Assembly: GCA_043818175.1 (NCBI GenBank)
Contig: JBDRGA010000052.1
Location: 24,723 to 88,722 of the forward strand
Origin: Candidatus Woesearchaeota archaeon
GTDB taxonomy: Archaea; Nanobdellota; Nanobdellia; Woesearchaeales; JBDRGA01
Length of the DNA stretch: 64,000 nucleotides
Direction: 5' to 3'
In this document: positions 10,262 through 20,270 of the stretch, piece by piece
Layout: every line of letters starts with the position of its first letter
Position numbering within the stretch: position 1 is the stretch's first letter
The notes under the pieces: model-generated
Seen by the model: only the letters and a program-made list of their open reading frames with translations
The model's database searches: none
What the model was told of the DNA's origin: nothing
Translations under genes and position numbers: made by a program

Positions 10262-11008
10262 ATGGAACGGGTAGTCTTCAAGAATTCAAGAGGCCTATCC
10301 TTGGTTGGGCATCTAAATGCTGTTGGCTCAAAAAAGATAATCATCCTATGTCATGCCCTCGCTAACGATAAATCTGGGAGGGGAAAGCTTGATAGGGTTG
10401 CAGAAAAGCTCAATGAGTCTGGATTTAGCACATTGGCCTTTGATTTCAGCGGTTGTGGGGAAAGCGATGATGACACCCTTACAATCGGGAAAGAAGTTGA
10501 CGACCTCAAATCTGCGATTGCATTCGTGAAATTGGAGGGTTACAGCGAGATTGGCCTGTTTGGACATAGCACTGGCGCGCTGGTTTCATTGAAATGTTAT
10601 TCTCCTGAAATCAGGTCAATGGTATTATGGTCCCCGATAACAAACAGGATAAGGTATGAATGGAATGACAAACTCACAAAGGAACAGCTCGAAGAACTAC
10701 GCAAAAAAGGATATTATACACGAACAAGAAAGAACGCAATACGTACAGCTTACCACATAGACGAACAAATGCTGAGGGACAGGGAGTCCGTGAACCCGGA
10801 AGAATTGCTAACAAATGTTTCATGTCCTGTGCTCATAATTCAAGGAACGAGGGACGAAAGCGTTCCTGTTGAAGATTCAAAGAACGCAATTAAACTGCTG
10901 TCAAAAAAATCTCGTCTTGAAATCGTAGAAGGAGCAGACCACGACTTCCTGGAACACGTAGACAAGCTGGTAACCTTGAGCAATGAATGGTTTTTAAAGC
11001 AATTATAG
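10262..11008 (+). CDS. alpha/beta hydrolase (dienelactone hydrolase/esterase-like)
   Basis: Nucleophile elbow GHSTG; candidate D/H triad members. Confidence 0.7.
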   Translation: MERVVFKNSRGLSLVGHLNAVGSKKIIILCHALANDKSGRGKLDRVAEKLNESGFSTLAFDFSGCGESDDDTLTIGKEVDDLKSAIAFVKLEGYSEIGLFGHSTGALVSLKCYSPEIRSMVLWSPITNRIRYEWNDKLTKEQLEELRKKGYYTRTRKNAIRTAYHIDEQMLRDRESVNPEELLTNVSCPVLIIQGTRDESVPVEDSKNAIKLLSKKSRLEIVEGADHDFLEHVDKLVTLSNEWFLKQL

Positions 11009-11033
11009 AGATAGATTAGGCCAAGAATTACAA

Positions 11034-11203
11034 CGCCGCGGCCCGGATTTGAACCGGGAATCCACGAGGGACTGGTTCGCTCGATTGGCTCTTTGTGGGC
11101 TTGAGCGAAGCGAAACCCACTTCGTCGCCAGTGGCCGAAACCACTGTTCGAGACCAGCGCAATTTCCCGCGTCTTGCGACGTACCGGGTTATGCGACCGC
11201 GGC
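11034..11203 (-). tRNA. tRNA-Ser(CGA) with two introns (D-loop ~19 nt and anticodon-loop ~68 nt)
   Basis: Acceptor GCCGCGG/CCGCGGC with G73. Anticodon stem CTGGT/ACCAG with loop CTCGAA. Long variable arm TCCCTCGTGGATT. T arm CCCGG-TTCAAAT-CCGGG. The 5' part parallels tRNA-Ser(GCT) at 43297. Confidence 0.6.
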
Positions 11204-11553
11204 TTGACCAAGGTCGCGACGGGAACGTTTAGTGACCGTATGCGACCGCGGCTTGATGTTGAGACACCGTGGTGTGTTTATTAATATTCCTTTCAATATT
11301 GAAAATAATGATGTTTAAATACTCGAAGTCACACCATCCTGATTACAATGTGTGTTGGATGTTCAGTACAAAATGCAGAAAGACTTGCCGAGAAAGGAAT
11401 CAATGTAGGCGACATGGGTGCCTACATAACTAGACAAGTCTCTGCAACGACAGAATCAACATATGGCTCAATCAGATCAACACCTGGTTTGGTTTATTGG
11501 AAGTAGGTATTCTGTATAGTCATCATTATAAGTTCAAACCATTTCACAAGACA

Positions 11554-11934
11554 ATGCGATTCTTAAGAGCTGCATTTTGCATCGGTGCATTGGCATTGGG
11601 TGGGTGCGCAACAACGAATCCTCAACTGATAGCTAGAAGAAGTACTCCATTTGGTGATACTCGTGTTGAGCAGTTTCAAGATGGCGCAGTAAAAGTTACT
11701 GCAGCTCATGGCGATACCTTGGAATGGGTTTACAACGAAAATCCTGGGTCTGCTGTGTATGATTGGAATGATAGGATGCTAATCCATAATCGTGATGGAA
11801 GGTTCTGGTTTTACACGCCAGAAAAGGGAATTGAAACGCTCAGAACCAGAGGTACTGCACTCTACAATTCAGGAATGGCGATGTTGCTTGGAGAAGAGTA
11901 CTTAAAGTTAGTTAGAAACAGTCCCAAGAAATAA
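11554..11934 (+). CDS. small putative lipoprotein
   Basis: N-terminus MRFLRAAFCIGALALGGCATT has a hydrophobic signal and a lipobox-like LGGC. Confidence 0.4.
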   Translation: MRFLRAAFCIGALALGGCATTNPQLIARRSTPFGDTRVEQFQDGAVKVTAAHGDTLEWVYNENPGSAVYDWNDRMLIHNRDGRFWFYTPEKGIETLRTRGTALYNSGMAMLLGEEYLKLVRNSPKK

Positions 11935-11953
11935 TTTGTATAACTGGAAATCA

Positions 11954-12484
11954 TTAAACACTTTTTTCAGGCTTACCATTCAAGCTAACATTAACCGTGA
12001 CAGTATCAAATACTATCCTTGGTTTCAGGTATGCGACTACCGCTTCCATTGTCGTATAGTAAACTCTAGTGTTGCCTACACGTCCATTGCTTACAATGAT
12101 GTTATGCGCCAATGAGCTCAAGTTCTCATGCACCAATTCTGCTACGGCTGCCTTAATCAGCTTACCCTGATATCCTGTGCTTATTGAATACCTTGCAAGC
12201 ATGTCTGCTGTTGGTAGTAGCTGCGTGAACGTACCATCGATTCCATCAGTCATAGAACTGAGTATTCTTGGTAATGCATTCCTAACTGCCATGCCTGTAA
12301 TTATTGGAGGATTGCTCGGCTCTGTGAGGAATAACTTAATTCCTTCAGCCAACGACCTACGAATAGGAATGACTCTGCCCTTTTCACCTGCATCTTGCCA
12401 TGCTTCTCTAATTCCTGCATTCACAAGACAATCATCAATTATCATGTCTTGTGGGGATTGCAGGTTCGTTCTTAATTGTTTCAT
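11954..12484 (-). CDS. hypothetical protein (176 aa)
   Basis: ORF only. Confidence 0.35.
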   Translation of the reverse strand: MKQLRTNLQSPQDMIIDDCLVNAGIREAWQDAGEKGRVIPIRRSLAEGIKLFLTEPSNPPIITGMAVRNALPRILSSMTDGIDGTFTQLLPTADMLARYSISTGYQGKLIKAAVAELVHENLSSLAHNIIVSNGRVGNTRVYYTTMEAVVAYLKPRIVFDTVTVNVSLNGKPEKSV

Positions 12485-12596
12485 TATGAAACGTATTCAA
12501 TCATAAATTTAGGATAAGGGATACTGACCACTGTTGTTACTTTATCGTGGTGGTATACCGCAACCTTTTTAATGCCATCCGTTCCACCATAGCGAG

Positions 12597-13326
12597 ATGA
12601 CGTTCAAACAGGGTGTGCGGGGGCATTTCGCCAATTCAACTGGGATGCTGGCTGTGCTGACTCCAATGTGGGCAACTATCGAGACCTTTGGTTATGATGC
12701 TGCAAGGCATTTCGTTCAGGGCAACGTGCAAGCCCAACGTGTGTTTGAATACATGCATTGGAATCCTGATAACCTGTATATGACTGAGTGGCAGTCAATG
12801 ACAAGCAGAGCCCTGGGAATTGTGACATTCTACGGGGGGGGTGGGTTTGTTACTCAATGGCACGAGACGGTTCTCGCAAAGAGTCTTTAGAATCACTAAG
12901 GAATCAAGTGAAAGGTCAAAGAGCGCACATGATACGATATACATGGGGCTCGCCGCTGCAGGGGTCACGCCACTTTATATGAAAGCAACAGAATTATTCT
13001 CAGGACAACCATTAGATCCGTCCACAATAACCCTTGCAACTGCCACAGCTGGAGTCGCGACACTCGCCCTAGGGTCAGTCATTGGTATGGCTGCTGACAC
13101 CTATGAGGATTTTTGTGGCACAAGGCCGTCAGAAAGGCTCCCAGCCAGTATAGCACGACTAAACAGGAAAACAAAGCTTGGACTTGCGGGTATTTTGACA
13201 GCAGCTTCGCTAGGTATCACAGCAGCGACGTACGTGTTGCATCACAATTCTCCCACTCCAGAAGGGCTGAAACCTTCTTCGATAGAGCAAATCGTTCAGA
13301 ACGATGCAAATGTAAGTCCATATTGA
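12597..13326 (+). CDS. hypothetical membrane-associated protein, split into two overlapping ORFs at a G8 homopolymer (12834-12841)
   Basis: ORFs 12597..12890 and 12841..13326 overlap in different frames exactly at GGGGGGGG. A single G gain or loss fuses them. Confidence 0.3.
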
Positions 13327-13385
13327 ATTTCTATGCGTCGGTCAGTACAGGAAATGAATTAAGCAGAGACGTACTTCCAAGCCGA

Positions 13386-14087
13386 ATGGAAGACATGATC
13401 ATAGTCGTACGTGCGCTCGTCGATTGGTATAATGACAAGATGGTTTATGCACGCAGGGACTCCTCAGATACAACTGGTGGAATGTTGTGTCTTCCGGGCG
13501 GCAAGATGGAAGAAGATGAGACGCACCGTGAAGCAATAATGCGTGAGCTGGGCGAAGAAATAGGCCACAAACCCGACTGGAATATCGAGTACTGCTTCAG
13601 CCAGAAGCCCGTGTTAAAAAATGGAAAATGGTACCGCCAGGACTATTTTTACACGTACATTGACTACGTACCCCTAAAACCAGGAAGCGACGAAGAATCG
13701 TTGAAAGTACTTAATGTCAACGATGCTCTTCTTCGTAAAGACGTTGCATTTGCAAATAATACAGCACATTACTTTCATCAGAGGGTTAGAATGGATGATG
13801 CATGGCATCCAGAATGGCTTCTATCAGACATTCAATTTCAACATGAAGGAACAATTCTGACACCTACAGTGTTCGCACCATCTTACAACCCAGTATTGGA
13901 GAAAAGGCGTTATGAATCGTGGATGAAACAGAATTCTCCACTACGACAAAAAACATTCCCTCGTTCAATGATTTCCATTCCGAGTTGCTTACATGGTTTG
14001 GGCGCATTAAGTGATGCCGGTAAAGAATGTTTACAGGGCCGTATTGTTGATATGCTTCAAAGTGCAGCAGCTGGAAACACATGTTGA
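13386..14087 (+). CDS. NUDIX hydrolase
   Basis: Nudix box GGKMEEDETHREAIMRELGEEIG (GX5EX7REUXEEXGU). The start is placed at MEDMIIVV within the longer ORF. Confidence 0.75.
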   Translation: MEDMIIVVRALVDWYNDKMVYARRDSSDTTGGMLCLPGGKMEEDETHREAIMRELGEEIGHKPDWNIEYCFSQKPVLKNGKWYRQDYFYTYIDYVPLKPGSDEESLKVLNVNDALLRKDVAFANNTAHYFHQRVRMDDAWHPEWLLSDIQFQHEGTILTPTVFAPSYNPVLEKRRYESWMKQNSPLRQKTFPRSMISIPSCLHGLGALSDAGKECLQGRIVDMLQSAAAGNTC

Positions 14088-14175
14088 ACAAGAACGTGCC
14101 CCCGCAGGGCTGAAAAGGGTTTGATGACGAAGGAGGACACTTTTTTTGCCCATTCCAAATCGGGTGACCACAAGT

Positions 14176-15126
14176 TTAGGATTTCTTCTTTCTTGTAGTC
14201 ACCTGTTTAAGAGTCTTCTTGTACTGCTTGATCAGAAATCTTAACGTAGACTTGATATCCTGACTGTGATGATATTTTTGCAGGGTCTGATAATATTCTG
14301 CACGATCTTCAAGTTGAATATTGATTGGAGGGTAATCGTTCTTAAGAAGAATATAGTTCAGCAACAACCTCCCGACACGACCGTTTCCATCCTGAAAAGG
14401 ATGAATGTGCTCAAACTGATTGTGTATTATGGCCGCGAGAACCAGAGGTTTGAACCTTTTCTTGTTATCATGATACCAGCTTACCATTTCTCTCAAAGCA
14501 GAGTCTAATTCTTTGCTCAATACTCCTTGATGAACTACGTTGCCTTCCCTGTCACGGATTACAACCTCAACCTCCCTAAACTTACCCGCGAAAGGCTTGG
14601 ATTTGTCAAAGCAAAGCTTATGCAACTTCAACAAGAGATTTTCTGAAATACACATCTTTGCTGTCCTGATAAATGCAATTGCTTCGGCAACACCTTTTGT
14701 TTCTATTTCCTCAGGATTTGAGACACGTTTCATCTCAAGAATCTTGGGCACCTCGTCAGGTAGGACACTAGATCCTTCAATGGCATTCGTATTGTATACA
14801 AACTCTTCAGTGAAACGCACCCATTCCTCCTTCGTAAGGTGATGAATCTCAATCTTGTCGCTGTACTTATTTAGCTGTTCAACTTCACGAGGAGACAGCG
14901 AAAACTCGAAGACATCCGTCTCTATTTCCTTAATCTGCTGCAAAATGTGTTTCTCAGCACCATTCTTTAGCTTCGCAAGCTGTCTCTCAGAAAGATCTGC
15001 ACCAAGATATCGACGAATTTTACGGACTTCGTTTTCTTTATCGCGATAGGCATGAACTAAGTAATACTTAGTTTTCTTTCCCGATTTTCGCGCTTCAATA
15101 TACATACTAACATATGAGGTGACCAC
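14176..15126 (-). CDS. Fic/Doc family protein (AMPylase-like)
   Basis: Canonical Fic motif HPFQDGNGRVGR. Confidence 0.85.
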   Translation of the reverse strand: MVTSYVSMYIEARKSGKKTKYYLVHAYRDKENEVRKIRRYLGADLSERQLAKLKNGAEKHILQQIKEIETDVFEFSLSPREVEQLNKYSDKIEIHHLTKEEWVRFTEEFVYNTNAIEGSSVLPDEVPKILEMKRVSNPEEIETKGVAEAIAFIRTAKMCISENLLLKLHKLCFDKSKPFAGKFREVEVVIRDREGNVVHQGVLSKELDSALREMVSWYHDNKKRFKPLVLAAIIHNQFEHIHPFQDGNGRVGRLLLNYILLKNDYPPINIQLEDRAEYYQTLQKYHHSQDIKSTLRFLIKQYKKTLKQVTTRKKKS

Positions 15127-15205
15127 ATATTTAAAATCTTCGAAAAACTGTGGTCACCCAACCAGGAAACGAAGTCATCCCCCTGCCGGTCAGAAAAGTA
15201 TATAG

Positions 15206-15365
15206 TGCCCCCGCCGGGATTCGAACCCGGGTCGCTGCCTTGAGAGGGCAGCATGATTGGTTACCCGACGCTTCACCTTACGCCATGAGTGGGCTTGAGC
15301 TCCGAAGGAGCGAAACCCACATCGTCATTGACGGGCGAAACCGTCACCGGGCACACTACAGGGGC
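15206..15365 (-). tRNA. tRNA-Glu(CTC) with ~85-nt D-loop intron
   Basis: Acceptor GCCCCTG/CGGGGGC with A73. CCAATCATG-CTGCC-CTCTCAA-GGCAG anticodon arm. T arm CCGGG-TTCGAAT-CCCGG. Extra sequence between GTAGTGT and GTCGGGTAACCAATCAT contains the conserved intron module. Confidence 0.7.
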
Positions 15366-15372
15366 GATAATG

Positions 15373-15476
15373 TGAGTCCTGAGGGATTTGAACCCTCGAC
15401 CTATCGGTTTCTGGCCTTGCTCCTTTCAGAGCAATGGTTAAGAGCCGATTGCTCTACCGGACTGAGCTAAGGACCC
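15373..15476 (-). tRNA. tRNA-Lys(CTT) with canonical ~29-nt anticodon-loop intron
   Basis: GGGTCCT-TA-GCTC-AGTCCGGTA-GAGC-A-ATCGG-CTCTTA[intron ACCATTGCTCTGAAAGGAGCAAGGCCAGA]A-CCGAT-AGGTC-GAGGG-TTCAAAT-CCCTC-AGGACTC-A. Confidence 0.8.
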
Positions 15477-15585
15477 GTGTTGCGAGAGACCCACGACTTC
15501 TTTAAAAACTTTGCGAGGGGTATAGAATTAAGGGCGAGGCAAACTTTTATATATCGAGCACAGTTCATCCAGTTGGGTGAATAAC

Positions 15586-16023
15586 ATGAGTATAGTCGGT
15601 TTCAATTTCAGCAAGATGCTCGTAGAGCGCAAGAATCCAAGTACAGGCAAGGTCAACATAAAGAACAATGTGCAGTTAAGAGACGTTGAGGAGGCCAAAC
15701 TCGCTATTGACACAACCAAGAAAGCATTAAAGTTCACGTTCACATTCTCAAGCATATACGAGCCAAACGTCGCAGTCATTGAACTCGATGGAGAACTCAT
15801 CACGATTCAGGAAGAGAAGGACGCAAAGGACATTCTGGCCAGCTGGAAGAAGGACAAGAAGCTGGACAGGGCATTCATGAATCCAATCATGAATCACCTT
15901 CTTGCAAAGTGCAACATACAAGCTCTCATTCTAAGCAGAGAATTAGGTTTACCAGCACCAATACCCCTGCCAAGAATTGCTGAAGACACGACGCCTGAGC
16001 CAACTCCAACAAAGAAGAAGTAG
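15586..16023 (+). CDS. hypothetical protein
   Basis: ORF only; start placed at MSIVGF. Confidence 0.35.
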   Translation: MSIVGFNFSKMLVERKNPSTGKVNIKNNVQLRDVEEAKLAIDTTKKALKFTFTFSSIYEPNVAVIELDGELITIQEEKDAKDILASWKKDKKLDRAFMNPIMNHLLAKCNIQALILSRELGLPAPIPLPRIAEDTTPEPTPTKKK

Positions 16024-16081
16024 TTGCCGTCTTGGAAACAGTACCGCAAGGCATTTAAACGAGGGTCAGTTCTCGACGACC

Positions 16082-18724
16082 ATGCCAGTAGCAAAATCTA
16101 TCAAGTTAAAGGTGGCAGAATCCATCCAGGATGATGTCAACAAAGGAATTGTACGCATAGATTCAAGCTTCATGCGCGAAATTGATATCAGGCCAGGAAG
16201 CATCGTAGAGATAAAGGGTGAGAGGACAAGCGTTGGCATTGTTGACAGATCTCTTCCAGGAGACATTGGTCTTAATATCATAAGAATGGATGGCCTCGCA
16301 AGACGCAACACCAGAACAAGCGTTGGCGAGATGGTCGAGGTAAAAAAAGCAGAAGTAATCGAAGCAAAACGCATAGTCCTTGCCCCTGACAGAAAAGGAA
16401 TCATGATACGAGCCAACCCAGGCATTTTCAAACAAGGATTGCTTGGAAGGGCTGTAATGAAAGGAGATAGAGTAGCATTAGGAGGCGCGAGAAGAAGACG
16501 CACAACAATGCAGGGAAGCCCTTTCCCGGATGATATGTTCAACATGCTTGATGAAGCAATGATGGGTTTTGGTCTTGGTGACTTGAAATTTGTTGTTCTT
16601 GATACCTTACCAAAACAGCCCGTAATGATTACTGATAACACCGAAATTGTCTACAAGCCAGAAGCTGTTACTGAAGAAGAGGAAGTTGAAGGAAGCATAG
16701 ACATACGCTATGAAGATGTTGGTGGATTAGATGAAGAACTAAAGAAAGTAAGGGAAATGGTCGAACTGCCATTGAAACATCCTGAAATATTCGAAAGATT
16801 AGGCATTGAACCCCCTAAAGGAGTTCTATTCCATGGTCCACCGGGCACCGGAAAGACATTACTCGCCAAGGCCGTAGCCACTGAAACAAAAAGCAACTTT
16901 TCACTCATAAACGGCCCTGAAATAATGAGCAAGTACTATGGTCAGAGCGAAGAAAACCTGAGAAAGAAGTTTGAAGACGCAGAGAAAGGCGCGCCTAGTA
17001 TCATATTCATAGATGAAATAGACGCGATAGCCTCTAAAAGAGAAGAAAGCAAGGGCGAAGTAGAAAGAAGAGTAGTCGCTCAACTGCTTGCTTTGATGGA
17101 TGGCCTTAAGAGCAGAGGAAAGGTCGTGGTTATTGCCGCTACAAACATACCAAACTCACTCGATCCCGCATTACGAAGACCTGGAAGATTCGATAGGGAG
17201 ATAGAAATCGGAGTGCCAAGGGTTGAGGGACGGGTCAAGATTCTAAAAATTCACACCAGAAACATGCCAATGTTTACACTAAGACATGCAGTTCTTGAAC
17301 AAAAGACAGACGGCATGAAGAACGCGCTCATGGACTTAATCGACCATCTTGACATGAGCGACATAAAGTCAGCAAACGTTGAGAAAGCGATAAACAAGTA
17401 CCTCGCAGACCATCCTGAAAAGAACAAAGAGTACAAGGACCTTGACGTGGATGCTCTAAAGAAAGCATTGAAGGATGCGTACAGCGATCGAAGAATCGTA
17501 AACCTCGACGAGCTCGCAAGCGTAACACATGGATTTGTCGGAGCTGACCTAAGTGCATTGGCCAAGGAAGCAGCAATGATAGTTCTTAGAAGAGTATTTC
17601 CAGACTTAAAGCTCGAAGAGGAAGAAGCAATCAAGCCAGAAGTGCTTGAAAAACTACACATCACTATGAACGACTTCAAGGATGCTCTTAAGGTTGTAAG
17701 GCCTAGTGCCATGCGTGAAGTGCTTGTTGAAGTGCCCAACGTAAAATGGTCAGATGTTGGCGGTCTTGAAGAATTGAAGCAGGAGTTACTGGAGGCGGTT
17801 GAATGGCCGCTGAAAAACAAAGAAGCATTCAGGAGACTTGGTGTGAAACCTCCTAAAGGAGTGCTATTATACGGTCCTCCTGGTACGGGTAAGACAATGC
17901 TTGCAAAGGCCGTAGCAACGGAAAGCGAGGCCAACTTCATATCGGTAAAGGGACCAGAAATGCTAAGTAAGTGGGTTGGCGAGTCAGAGAAAGCAGTACG
18001 CAAGGTATTCGAGAAAGCGAGACAGACAGCACCCACCATTATATTCTTTGATGAACTGGACAGTATTGCACACAGACGAGGCTCAGGCGATGACAACAAC
18101 GTAACGGAAAGAGTTGTAAACCAGCTACTTACTGAAATGGATGGCTTGCAGGAACTCAATGACATTGTTATTCTTGCAGCAAGCAACAGACCAGACATAA
18201 TTGATACGGCATTGCTCAGACCAGGAAGGTTCGACCGTATAGTGCACGTAGCTGCTCCTGAAATGGGAAGCCGAATAAAAATATTCGAAGTTCATACCAA
18301 GAAAATGCCCGTGCTCTGGTCAAGCGTCCCGAAGGATTATACGATTGATCGTACCAAATTTGAAGCGATGAAGAAGATGGCTTCTGACCATGTAGTAAGT
18401 GCTAAGGAATTGGAACATAAGGCACCCTCAAAAACAAACGCCAACATGACTGACAAGGAAAAGTTCCTATTTTATTTGGCAGAAAAGACAGAAGGTTATG
18501 TTGGAGCGGATATAGAAGCTGTATGCAGGGAAGCAGCAATACTAAGTCTACGAGAGGACATGGACAGAAAAGACATTCCATTAAGCTTCTTCGAGAAGGC
18601 GCTGGAAAAGGTCCGACCTAGCATAAACAAGGAAATTGAAGAGTCGTACAAGCAACTTGAAGGACAGTTCCGGATGGCTCGCGGAAAGCAGATGGCCGAA
18701 GAACGACCTGCGTATTACGGATAA
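16082..18724 (+). CDS. cdc48: CDC48/VCP-like AAA+ ATPase (two AAA domains)
   Basis: N-domain, then two Walker A motifs (GPPGTGKT x2), Walker B DEID/DELD, and second-region-of-homology arginines. Start placed at [11 protein letters not shown]. Confidence 0.9.
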   Translation: MPVAKSIKLKVAESIQDDVNKGIVRIDSSFMREIDIRPGSIVEIKGERTSVGIVDRSLPGDIGLNIIRMDGLARRNTRTSVGEMVEVKKAEVIEAKRIVLAPDRKGIMIRANPGIFKQGLLGRAVMKGDRVALGGARRRRTTMQGSPFPDDMFNMLDEAMMGFGLGDLKFVVLDTLPKQPVMITDNTEIVYKPEAVTEEEEVEGSIDIRYEDVGGLDEELKKVREMVELPLKHPEIFERLGIEPPKGVLFHGPPGTGKTLLAKAVATETKSNFSLINGPEIMSKYYGQSEENLRKKFEDAEKGAPSIIFIDEIDAIASKREESKGEVERRVVAQLLALMDGLKSRGKVVVIAATNIPNSLDPALRRPGRFDREIEIGVPRVEGRVKILKIHTRNMPMFTLRHAVLEQKTDGMKNALMDLIDHLDMSDIKSANVEKAINKYLADHPEKNKEYKDLDVDALKKALKDAYSDRRIVNLDELASVTHGFVGADLSALAKEAAMIVLRRVFPDLKLEEEEAIKPEVLEKLHITMNDFKDALKVVRPSAMREVLVEVPNVKWSDVGGLEELKQELLEAVEWPLKNKEAFRRLGVKPPKGVLLYGPPGTGKTMLAKAVATESEANFISVKGPEMLSKWVGESEKAVRKVFEKARQTAPTIIFFDELDSIAHRRGSGDDNNVTERVVNQLLTEMDGLQELNDIVILAASNRPDIIDTALLRPGRFDRIVHVAAPEMGSRIKIFEVHTKKMPVLWSSVPKDYTIDRTKFEAMKKMASDHVVSAKELEHKAPSKTNANMTDKEKFLFYLAEKTEGYVGADIEAVCREAAILSLREDMDRKDIPLSFFEKALEKVRPSINKEIEESYKQLEGQFRMARGKQMAEERPAYYG

Positions 18725-18780
18725 CCGGCAAGCTTTAAATAATAACGTACTTCTGAATATAAAGCAAGGAGGCAATAATC

Positions 18781-18999
18781 ATGTCACGATTAACAAAGGA
18801 CATTAAGAGAACAGCAAAACGACATAAGAAAGGACTCATAGCAGCAGGTATTGTTGTTGGAGCTGCGGCGGTTGCAGCAGGCACAGCACTCGCAATACGA
18901 AAGAGAAAGGCAAGAGCAGCAAAGGAGGCCATTGCCAAGAAGAAAACAAGCACCAAGAAAAAACCAGCAGTAAAGAAGAAGGCGGTAAAAAAGAAATGA
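18781..18999 (+). CDS. small lysine-rich protein with one hydrophobic segment
   Basis: RBS-like AGGAGG upstream; a 72-aa K-rich tail overlaps the gatD start. Confidence 0.35.
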   Translation: MSRLTKDIKRTAKRHKKGLIAAGIVVGAAAVAAGTALAIRKRKARAAKEAIAKKKTSTKKKPAVKKKAVKKK

Positions 19000-20270
19000 G
19001 CACTGAGATGGTCCGCGCGACCATCAAAAGCGCGGACGCTACCTACGAGGGAATACTCATTCAAGAGAAAGAGGGACTCTATGTTCTTAAGTTAGATTCA
19101 GGGTACAATATAGGAATTGACAAGAAGAACGTAAAAAGTATAAAGAAAGGCGCTACCGTTAAGACAGTAAAACTGCCAGTGAAGAAGTACTCCTCAGGAA
19201 AGAAACCGCGCGTTTCAATACTTCTAACTGGAGGTACGGTTGCTAGTAAGGTTGATTACGTAACGGGCGCTGTTGTAGCACAATTCACTCCTGAAAGTAT
19301 AGGTGAGTTGTTTCCAGAAGCTGCGGAAATGGCTGAGATTGACATCAAGTTCATTGGTAACCATATGAGTGAGAACTTCAGATTCAGCACGTACAACTTG
19401 ATAGGAAAAGCAATACATGCTGAGCTTAAGAAGAAACCACACGGAATAATAATAGCAATGGGAACAGATACATTGCATTATGCTTCTGCAGCCATAAACT
19501 TCATGTTTCCCAATGTAGGCACGCCCATATTGTTTGTAGCGAGCCAGAGAAGCAGCGACAGGCCAAGCAGCGACGCTGCATTGAATCTTTTAAGTGCCGT
19601 TCGCTTAATAACAAAGAGTGATTTTGGAGGAGTGGGGGTAGTAATGCACGAGACATTAGATGATAATTCATGCTTGTTGCTTAGAGCTACGAATTGCAGG
19701 AAGATGCACACCTCCAGAAGAGATGCATTTAGACCAGTAAACCAATCTGCATGGGCAAGCATCAAGAGCGATGGAAGTGTTGACTGGATTGCGAAGATAT
19801 ATCCTAAACGAGCCGAAACAAAAGAGGAAAAACTAAAACTATTCAAGGAAGACCTCAAGATAGGACTAATCAAAGCATATCCAAACATGCATGCTGCAAT
19901 GTTAGCGCCATTCACAAAATATGATGGTCTTGTCATTGAAGGATTAGGCATAGGGCACTTGACACTAAGCGACTACCCAGAAAACGAGGAAATCGCGAAA
20001 GCAATTGCGTCATTGGCAAAGAAGATACCAGTTGCACTGGCTCCCCAAACGATATACGGCAGAATCGACATGGACGTCTATTCTGAAGGAAGGAAAGCAA
20101 AAACCCTGGGTATACTTGGAAATCAGTGTGATATGACTCCAGAAGTGGCGTACATCAAGTTGGCTTGGCTTTTGTCAACCGAGCCAAAACGAGTTAAGGA
20201 ACTTTACTCTAAGAATCTTGTTGGTGAGATAAGCGAATACAGCACAGTACAAGGATATCATGAGTTCTGA
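18996..20270 (+). CDS. gatD: Glu-tRNA(Gln) amidotransferase subunit D (asparaginase-like)
   Basis: Asparaginase-type motif ILLTGGTVASKVD; adjacent to gatE. Confidence 0.9.
   Translation: MSTEMVRATIKSADATYEGILIQEKEGLYVLKLDSGYNIGIDKKNVKSIKKGATVKTVKLPVKKYSSGKKPRVSILLTGGTVASKVDYVTGAVVAQFTPESIGELFPEAAEMAEIDIKFIGNHMSENFRFSTYNLIGKAIHAELKKKPHGIIIAMGTDTLHYASAAINFMFPNVGTPILFVASQRSSDRPSSDAALNLLSAVRLITKSDFGGVGVVMHETLDDNSCLLLRATNCRKMHTSRRDAFRPVNQSAWASIKSDGSVDWIAKIYPKRAETKEEKLKLFKEDLKIGLIKAYPNMHAAMLAPFTKYDGLVIEGLGIGHLTLSDYPENEEIAKAIASLAKKIPVALAPQTIYGRIDMDVYSEGRKAKTLGILGNQCDMTPEVAYIKLAWLLSTEPKRVKELYSKNLVGEISEYSTVQGYHEF

Noticed and set aside
12841-13326. Treated 12841..13326 and 13113..14087 as overlapping genes
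   Set aside because: The NUDIX ORF most plausibly starts at the internal Met (13386), which removes the overlap.
15286-15330. Possible C/D box sRNA inside the conserved tRNA intron module
   Set aside because: AATGACGA resembles a C box, but no credible D box (CTGA) or D'/C' pair is present in any copy. The internal loop TTTC/TCAA lacks the tandem G-A pairs needed for a K-turn.
15977-16081. Upstream extension [11 protein letters not shown]... of the cdc48 ORF
   Set aside because: Overlaps the end of the preceding gene and is basic low-complexity sequence. The conserved Cdc48 N-domain starts at [11 protein letters not shown].
16066-16641. 191-aa minus-strand ORF
   Set aside because: Antisense to the cdc48 N-domain; no motif support.
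17251-18198. 315-aa Ser-rich ORF on the minus strand
   Set aside because: Lies entirely antisense within the cdc48 coding region. It has a low-complexity composition and no start context.
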